IMG/VR virus record: IMGVR_UViG_3300024308_000033
Coordinates: 1-51,350 of that record
DNA: 51,350 bases
Strand: one strand, 5' to 3'
DNA from: a virus
Lineage: Duplodnaviria > Caudoviricetes
Shown here: piece after piece, positions 46,301 to 51,350 of the stretch
Position numbering within the stretch: position 1 is the stretch's first letter
How the letters are laid out: each line of letters begins with the position of its first letter
Position numbers and translations under genes: made by a program
The notes under the pieces: generated by a model
Database searches by the model: none
The model's input: the letters and a program-made list of their open reading frames with translations, nothing else
What the model was told of the DNA's origin: nothing

Positions 46301-49300
46301 TGTTACTGCCCTGCGAGATCATCGCCGGCAAGGTGGCATTGATCGTCGTGATCGACTGAGCCAGCGCGCTCGTGGTGGTGGCGGTAGCTTCCTGTAGCGC
46401 CGTAACCGATGCAGCGGTTGCCAGAGAACCAGCCCCGGCCGGCATGCGGGCCTCCATCGTGCTGATGCGCTGCACCTGCGCGGTGTCCGCAGCCACGCGG
46501 GCCTTCAGCTCTTCGTATGCCAGGCCTGAAGTCAGCTGCAGCGGATCCGTTCCGGTGTAGTTACCTCGCATCTGAACGGCCAGCGTGTTGCGCTGCAGCG
46601 CCTCGGCGGCATCTGCGGTGATACGTGCCTGGGTTTCCTCCTGCACCAGTGCGACCGACGCACCCGGCTGCGGACGCCCCACAGCGATGTAATCGATCAG
46701 GTAGTAGTTCGCGACCGCCTGTGCCGTCCCCAGCTGTAGGCGGATCGCATCAACAGTGGCCGGCCACCACGCAATGTCCTGCACGTCCACGGTGGCAACG
46801 CCGTTCACGTCCCACGCCGGCTCCGGAATGGCGGCATGCTTCTGCGTGTTCCATGTCTTGTCCGTGGCGGTGGTCCACTGCAGGGCGCCAGCCCACGTCG
46901 GAGTGCCTACTCGCTTCACGCGCAGCTTGACGAAGCGATATGCGCTGCCGTCGACAGCCAGCGCGGCCGGCGACTGCACCCAGGGCGCAGTAGTGTGATC
47001 GGCAGGCCGCAGCCAACCATCTACAAGGGTCGGCGAACCGTTGCCAGTCCATCCTTCCGTGTTCTGGTTGAACGGCCACAGCTTGATGCTGTCGAACTGC
47101 GTTCCACTGCCGGCGGCGACTTCGGAAACCGCGCGGGCCAGGGACTCGTCGGCGCTCTGCCGAATCTGCTGCTCCCGGCTGATATCTGCTTCCCGCGCCA
47201 GCTTCTCATTCAGGATCGCATCAACGCGCGCGCGAGCTTCTGCGCTGACCGCATCCATCGCGTCTTCAACCGCCTGCGCTCTTGCGCTGGCCTCCGCCGC
47301 AAGGTCCTGAGCAGCCTTCGACAATCCCTCAGTACGTGCGGCGGCTTCTGCGAGGACAGCGTCCATTCGATCGCTGATTTCCTTGGCCAGGTTCCTCCCT
47401 TGCTCGCCAAGGCCTTCTTCAATTCCGCCGATCACCTCCCCAAGGTTGGCCCGCAGTTCCTTGCGAATGACCTGCATGGCCACCGACAGGTCGCCGCTGG
47501 TGTTGCGCGAGCGGCACGCAAAGGTCCAGTGGCCGCTGGCCGGGACTACAGCCTCAAAGGGTGCCGTGTGGAAGCCAGACTGCCCGACGGGCATCATGGC
47601 ATTCCAATCTGGAGCCAGCACGTTACCTTCCGTGTAGCGAATCTCCACGCCGGCGAAGTCCGGCGACTGCGCGGTGCCATCCAGCCATCCCCAGGTGTAC
47701 AGGCGAACACCACCTGTGCGCTCCTCAACGTCGAACAGGTCAACCAGCACCGGCGGTGCACCGGCACTTCGCGTGGTGTAAGTGCCGGTTACGGCTACGC
47801 CGGCCAGGCCATCCGGGTTGTAGGGCCGAACCGTGATCGGGTAGACGCCCGCGCCGGGAATTCGCCAGCTCGCCGTTCGCGTGCTCGTGGACGCGACCTG
47901 TTCCAGTTCCCCATTCCGATCAACGTCCGACAGCACACGGATCTCGCCCACAGGCCCCGTTATATCGAACGAGGCCTGCAGCTCGGAGAACACCGTATCC
48001 CCCTGCACCACCTGGCGCTCGGTGATACGCAGATTGCTGGCCACCGGCCGGGTGGCCAGCTGCGAGCCGTTCTCTGGCGGAATGTACTGGCCGGTCTTGA
48101 CGTAGTGCCAGAACTCCGGCCCCTCGGCCACCACGTCGACCGCGGCGCCCTTGAGGTCATTCTCCGGCTGGACGGACACCACGCGGACGCGGTAGCCCGG
48201 CGTCTGCTTGAAGTCGTAGATCCAGATGGTGTCCCACGCGGGATTACCGTCGCTGTCCCCCGGCAGCGCTGCGTCGGCCGGCCACGGCTCGGCCAGCTGC
48301 AGCTGATCACTTTCGCCGGTGAACGGCACCACCTTCAGCACGCGGTACACCCGTTCACCCGGGATGCGCAGGCCGATGTAGGCGCTGGCCTGCGCACGGC
48401 CTGGCACCGCCACGTCGAGCTGTAGCGTCACGGCGCGCCCCGGCCCCATGGTGGCGGACAGCACCTGGCCGCCAAAGCCCCACTGCGTCAGATCGTGCTG
48501 CAGCGCCAGCACCGACATGCGCCCATAGGCCAGGTGCTCAATATCGGTGCTGTAGCTGATCGACTTGTACTGGTACAGGCTCTGCGCCAGGTGCCAGCGT
48601 GCAAGCGTGGCCGCATGCGCCTCGCTGGTCACACCCTCGCCGGTCACCTGCGCCGGGTTGAGCATGGTGGTCACGCCCGGCGCCGGGACACGCAGGGTCC
48701 TGGCCTCCCACGTGGCGCGGTCCAGGTAGCTGTACTCGATGCCGTCGGCACCGTTGGCCAGCGTGTATTCGACCTGGAACTGCCCCTTCTTGATGGTGGC
48801 CATGTTGACCACGCCCGACAGCGGCTGCTCGTCAGCGGCCCACGTCACGGCCAGCCGACCCTTCGGCCATGCGATCTGGCCGAAGCCGGCCAGCGCGATC
48901 GCATCCATCACCGCCTGGTGATTGCGCTTGTCGGTAACCAGGTAATCGTAGGTGAAGCCATTGGCCGCACAGTGCAGCGTGAAGGCTTTCAGCGCCTCCA
49001 CGTCGATCTGGCTGTCGGGCAGGCCCATGCCGGCGATGCGAACGCCGGCCGGCGACTTGATGCCGCGGGCGTAGGCCAGGATCTGTGCACCGGGGTTGCT
49101 GCTCTCTTCGGTGACCCAGCCGATGGCGTCACCCTTCCACACCGGGATCGGCTGCGCGTGGGCTACGGTACGCACCTCGTCCGGGCTGCCGTTGAGCTGT
49201 CCGGACGCCTTCATGCGGATGCCGATGCGCGGGATGCCGTCGTAACTGGCGGTATCCGGCAGCACGCTGACCAGGTTGGTCCAGGTGAAGCTGGCCTGCG

Positions 49301-50393
49301 CATTGTTGCCGTCGGTGTTCTGCCCGGTGGTGCGCAACTGCACTTCGTACTGGCCCGGGGCCACGTCCAGCCCGTAGGTGGCCCGACGCGACTTCTGCGT
49401 CCGGCCGGAGACGGCATAGGTGCCAAACGGGCGCCAGGCGCTCTCGCCCACGGCACGGTACTGGATCTGGATCTGCTCGCGGTTTTCGTACTCGCGGCCC
49501 TTCGAGTCGGCGTCGAAGATCCGGAAATCGATGTTCACCTGCAGCCGGATTGCGCCCGGCGAGCTGGTGCGCTGCACCCACTTGCTCGGGTTGTGCTTCG
49601 GGTCGCTGCTGGTGTCATAGATCACGCCGCCGTCGACACTGCCGGCGTTGCTGTAGAGCGGGATGGCCTGGTTGGGCATGCCCGGGAAGCCGTTGTACCA
49701 GACCTGCACGCCCTCGTAGCTGCTCAGCAGCGCATCACCGTTGTAGATCGCTTCAACGCGGCCCACGTTGAGCCCAGGGGTCAACAGCAGCGACAGGTAC
49801 TGCTCATCGCCCTCATAGTTCATGTAGGGCTTGCTGGCCACGTCAGGCGCAATACGCACGCTGCCGAAAAGCAAAGGCAGGGGTTCGTAGGCGCGCGAGC
49901 GGTTGCGCGGAGCCGACAGGGAGAAGACGGTGTCAGCAGGAGTGATCTCGGCAGCCTTGGGCAGCTTCGGCCCGAGCACCTTGTTGATCAGGATGCTGCC
50001 GGCCACGTAGACCGCCACGCGCGCGATGGCCGTGCCGAGCACGGTGGACGTGCCGATGCTGAAACCAGCGATAGCTGCGCCACCCAGCGTGAAGTAGGTC
50101 AGCGCGATCATGGCCACAAGGCGGATCGCACTCCTGCCGACCACACCCCGGATCTCGATCACCTGGCCGTGCTTCGGATAGACGTGGCACCACAGGTGCC
50201 GCTCCACGGGCCGGCCGCCGATGGTGACAAGCCACGCCTGCCCGTCCAGCCCATGCACGTGGCGCGCAAGGAAGCCATACAGGCTCTCACCCGGGCGCAG
50301 GTCCGCTTCCAGGTTCTGCTGGCCATCGAGCATCACCGGATGCGGGGTGATGATCAGACGGCCGGGATCGGTAGACGGGAGCATCAGGCCCAT
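43353..50393 (-). CDS. Tail tip/host-specificity protein (TipJ-like, 2346 aa)
   Basis: N-terminal tail-assembly-like segment, SSNPGA motif, coiled-coil stretches alternating with beta-sandwich-like modules, C-terminal GGIQL...FDVVADVFRV. Confidence 0.88.
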   Translation of the reverse strand: MGLMLPSTDPGRLIITPHPVMLDGQQNLEADLRPGESLYGFLARHVHGLDGQAWLVTIGGRPVERHLWCHVYPKHGQVIEIRGVVGRSAIRLVAMIALTYFTLGGAAIAGFSIGTSTVLGTAIARVAVYVAGSILINKVLGPKLPKAAEITPADTVFSLSAPRNRSRAYEPLPLLFGSVRIAPDVASKPYMNYEGDEQYLSLLLTPGLNVGRVEAIYNGDALLSSYEGVQVWYNGFPGMPNQAIPLYSNAGSVDGGVIYDTSSDPKHNPSKWVQRTSSPGAIRLQVNIDFRIFDADSKGREYENREQIQIQYRAVGESAWRPFGTYAVSGRTQKSRRATYGLDVAPGQYEVQLRTTGQNTDGNNAQASFTWTNLVSVLPDTASYDGIPRIGIRMKASGQLNGSPDEVRTVAHAQPIPVWKGDAIGWVTEESSNPGAQILAYARGIKSPAGVRIAGMGLPDSQIDVEALKAFTLHCAANGFTYDYLVTDKRNHQAVMDAIALAGFGQIAWPKGRLAVTWAADEQPLSGVVNMATIKKGQFQVEYTLANGADGIEYSYLDRATWEARTLRVPAPGVTTMLNPAQVTGEGVTSEAHAATLARWHLAQSLYQYKSISYSTDIEHLAYGRMSVLALQHDLTQWGFGGQVLSATMGPGRAVTLQLDVAVPGRAQASAYIGLRIPGERVYRVLKVVPFTGESDQLQLAEPWPADAALPGDSDGNPAWDTIWIYDFKQTPGYRVRVVSVQPENDLKGAAVDVVAEGPEFWHYVKTGQYIPPENGSQLATRPVASNLRITERQVVQGDTVFSELQASFDITGPVGEIRVLSDVDRNGELEQVASTSTRTASWRIPGAGVYPITVRPYNPDGLAGVAVTGTYTTRSAGAPPVLVDLFDVEERTGGVRLYTWGWLDGTAQSPDFAGVEIRYTEGNVLAPDWNAMMPVGQSGFHTAPFEAVVPASGHWTFACRSRNTSGDLSVAMQVIRKELRANLGEVIGGIEEGLGEQGRNLAKEISDRMDAVLAEAAARTEGLSKAAQDLAAEASARAQAVEDAMDAVSAEARARVDAILNEKLAREADISREQQIRQSADESLARAVSEVAAGSGTQFDSIKLWPFNQNTEGWTGNGSPTLVDGWLRPADHTTAPWVQSPAALAVDGSAYRFVKLRVKRVGTPTWAGALQWTTATDKTWNTQKHAAIPEPAWDVNGVATVDVQDIAWWPATVDAIRLQLGTAQAVANYYLIDYIAVGRPQPGASVALVQEETQARITADAAEALQRNTLAVQMRGNYTGTDPLQLTSGLAYEELKARVAADTAQVQRISTMEARMPAGAGSLATAASVTALQEATATTTSALAQSITTINATLPAMISQGSNMVLNGSWQAGKDVGWTYDPGATGTSWPAAEGRAGGMCVRFDPGTIRQKVAYANGRTTISTSPGKKYRYSCWYRSTPDFNGTSGNSKMRLANQNGELIGGATFFVADKAAWTYLSAVYAIPDNTSITGLQLGIYADNTAGTLWVDDVVLEEVTELLANAQAISDLSTKVTQQGETITSQAGLLTALRSDLTNVSGRTDANASALQNLTTRVTTAEGKIESTSTSVTKLQSEMKASLAGGGGMFPSGSFEQFADGQVLSQGYGTTFTVNTSAKRNGNRGLLIQVPSDARPDLNADCYPVTEFIPLVGVRRLYIEAWAALSSGSVEIPPDNKSNLRIGVQTSSAGAGGTSNVWTTVNWGVASLSKTSWTKVSGYVTTNASAAQGRLFVSLPGHATDPKSQRVIGSILLLDDIVITDVTEAYGAQQSSEANAQAITGLASRVTSAENTLVSTASQVTDLNTTITTTFNRGDNINTNSGFDGGMAPFVKTNTGATGGDIVWSNGAGQIGSAVDVTVVQNATQSPGLFANGNRWSGMKAGIGRRMRTVVVARAISGTASITARCRVRTGGVAGEGNNDQTTPNLTTEWQRFQLEHPIGDDRTEVLSHVWVTNRAGSTGPARVLIDRIEFYDITNEVKITANAAATAGLTTEVNQQGSKLDATAQDLVSLKTQVGDVSASGFNQLKTQVTQQGQTQAAQAQQITGIQTSLGEKADAAVVVEMGTSIKNLGESGNLLQNSTFPFWSRNGWEWTTNPDNWWNELGNPTGGGDWNPQGVFGLGAVAKGGMAAGQVSSTSTTYDTAVLPNRTYCFSVWLQTHRCDSQIEIAFYDRGGNHRGSAYSGWSPANGGNASWGLDAIPRTYVFGKAPPEATFARVRVFLRGVGGLQAPYWWMFRPMFSQVAEGATAPPAWNAGGLEANANWGVNVRADGKIGGIQLASNGAISSFDVVADVFRVSAPGNGGQRTEYSDGHWRCFYPNGQLATRMGWWQ

Positions 50394-50779
50394 GCGTAGT
50401 AACCCTCAATTCGCAGCCCGAAGTCGGGCAGATCGCGCACGCGGTGCAGCACGCTGCAGCCGTTGCGCTCGTTGCTGTGAAGTACCCAGCCCTCATGGGC
50501 CAGGAAAAAGAAAACCCCGGCATGGCCGGGGTTTCGGTGTCCCTGATCGATCATCAGGACGAGGTCGCCGTCTTCGGGTGGCCCGTCTCGGCGGTGTGCG
50601 TAGGGCCGCGATAGCGCTCCCAGCTCGGCAGCGCCCTGTAGCCCGCGAGGACGCCTTCCCGGAAGCGTGATTGCCCGCCCGAACAGCTGCAGCTGCACCA
50701 TCACCACCAGGTCGGCACAATCGAAGCAGTCCGCGTCGTACGGGACGCCCACGAACTTCTCAACGTCGGCCAAGCGCAT
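50384..50779 (-). CDS. NlpC/P60-family tail protein
   Basis: VGVPY..FDCADLV, GDLVLM, HAGV and VLH catalytic pattern. Confidence 0.88.
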   Translation of the reverse strand: MRLADVEKFVGVPYDADCFDCADLVVMVQLQLFGRAITLPGRRPRGLQGAAELGALSRPYAHRRDGPPEDGDLVLMIDQGHRNPGHAGVFFFLAHEGWVLHSNERNGCSVLHRVRDLPDFGLRIEGYYAWA

Positions 50780-51240
50780 CAGAAGATCCCCGGCAGTGTG
50801 AAGGGATTGGCGCGCAGCGTGACCGCCTGCTGGCGCATCAGGAAGTCCACACCCAGCTGAGCCGAGGCAGTGCGGGTGTTCACAACCACCTGCGTCATTG
50901 GCAGGTCGTAGCTGGCCTCGATCACGTTGGGGTCAGCTCGATCGGTGATCATCAGCCGCGCGGTAACCAGCTCCCCGGGCTGCAGCCGCTCCAGATCCTC
51001 GGTGATCGAGCGGCCCACGTTGTCCAGCACCAGCTGGGCGCGCGGCGCCTGCCCGCCCACGTCGTCGGGCAGCTTGAAGCCGAACGGGAAGCCCGTGTAG
51101 ACCTTGCCCTGACTTACCCAATCGGTCGTGTCGTTGACGATGCGCAGCACCTCCACGAACGATGGGGCACTCAGCTCCAGTAGCAACAGGATGCCGGCAG
51201 TGTCGTCGGTGCGCTGCCGGCGTTCCGTGAATGTGCTCAT
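50779..51240 (-). CDS. Minor tail protein (DUF1833-like)
   Basis: LRIVND, PFGFKLP, LDNV and terminal PGIF; upstream of NlpC/P60. Confidence 0.78.
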   Translation of the reverse strand: MSTFTERRQRTDDTAGILLLLELSAPSFVEVLRIVNDTTDWVSQGKVYTGFPFGFKLPDDVGGQAPRAQLVLDNVGRSITEDLERLQPGELVTARLMITDRADPNVIEASYDLPMTQVVVNTRTASAQLGVDFLMRQQAVTLRANPFTLPGIF

Positions 51241-51350
51241 CGCATGTACTCCACGACCGCATCCAGCCTGAAGTCGCCAGGTAGCTTCTCGTCAGGCACA
51301 AGATCACCAATGGCGCCATTCTCAAACCGAGCCTTGATCACCTTTCCAGT
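51237..51350 (-). CDS. 3' end of a minor tail protein (partial)
   Basis: Open frame ...TGKVIKARFENGAIG...VVEYMR*, with its stop overlapping the next ATG. Confidence 0.6.
   Translation of the reverse strand, partial: TGKVIKARFENGAIGDLVPDEKLPGDFRLDAVVEYMR

Larger units (their letters stand above)
35746..51350. mobile_element. Second, siphovirus-like prophage (left end; continues beyond the window)
   Basis: Own integrase adjacent to the att core, accessory genes, SRAP, and minus-strand tail-tip genes (J-like, NlpC/P60, minor tail). Confidence 0.8.

Noticed and set aside
46836-50399. Long plus-strand ORFs (529 and 634 aa)
   Set aside because: Antisense to the TipJ-like gene, with no recognisable motifs.

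Overview
This is a GC-rich gammaproteobacterial window. The LexA-box type and gene content point to Xanthomonadales, probably Stenotrophomonas (inference). It holds two prophages in tandem at the 3' half of a CAU-anticodon tRNA. (1) An apparently complete ~35.3 kb P2-like myovirus prophage spans 443-35790, bounded by 45-bp direct repeats. It carries a cos site, a putative iteron/IHF origin, full head, lysis and tail modules, an immunity region, a c4-type antisense RNA locus, a primase/helicase, two DNA methyltransferases, a PP-loop/PAPS-reductase-like gene and an integrase. (2) The left end of a second, siphovirus-like element runs from 35746 past the window end. It carries its own tyrosine integrase, a LexA-box-preceded umuDC-like cassette, a DprA + PRTase pair (ShosTA-like defence candidate), a SRAP gene and tail-tip genes. 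Most notable observation: a ~16-aa motif (T-x-F-E-x3-IGQ-x3-GDV) shared by the repressor C-terminus and the N-terminal part of a small hydrophobic protein encoded just downstream, suggesting a homotypic, possibly amyloid-like, coupling. Also notable: the complete c4-type a1b1/b'a'/a2b2 circuit, a Com + RBS-hairpin + methyltransferase switch, and a nested o-spanin. All calls come from reading motifs and synteny by eye; no searches were run.
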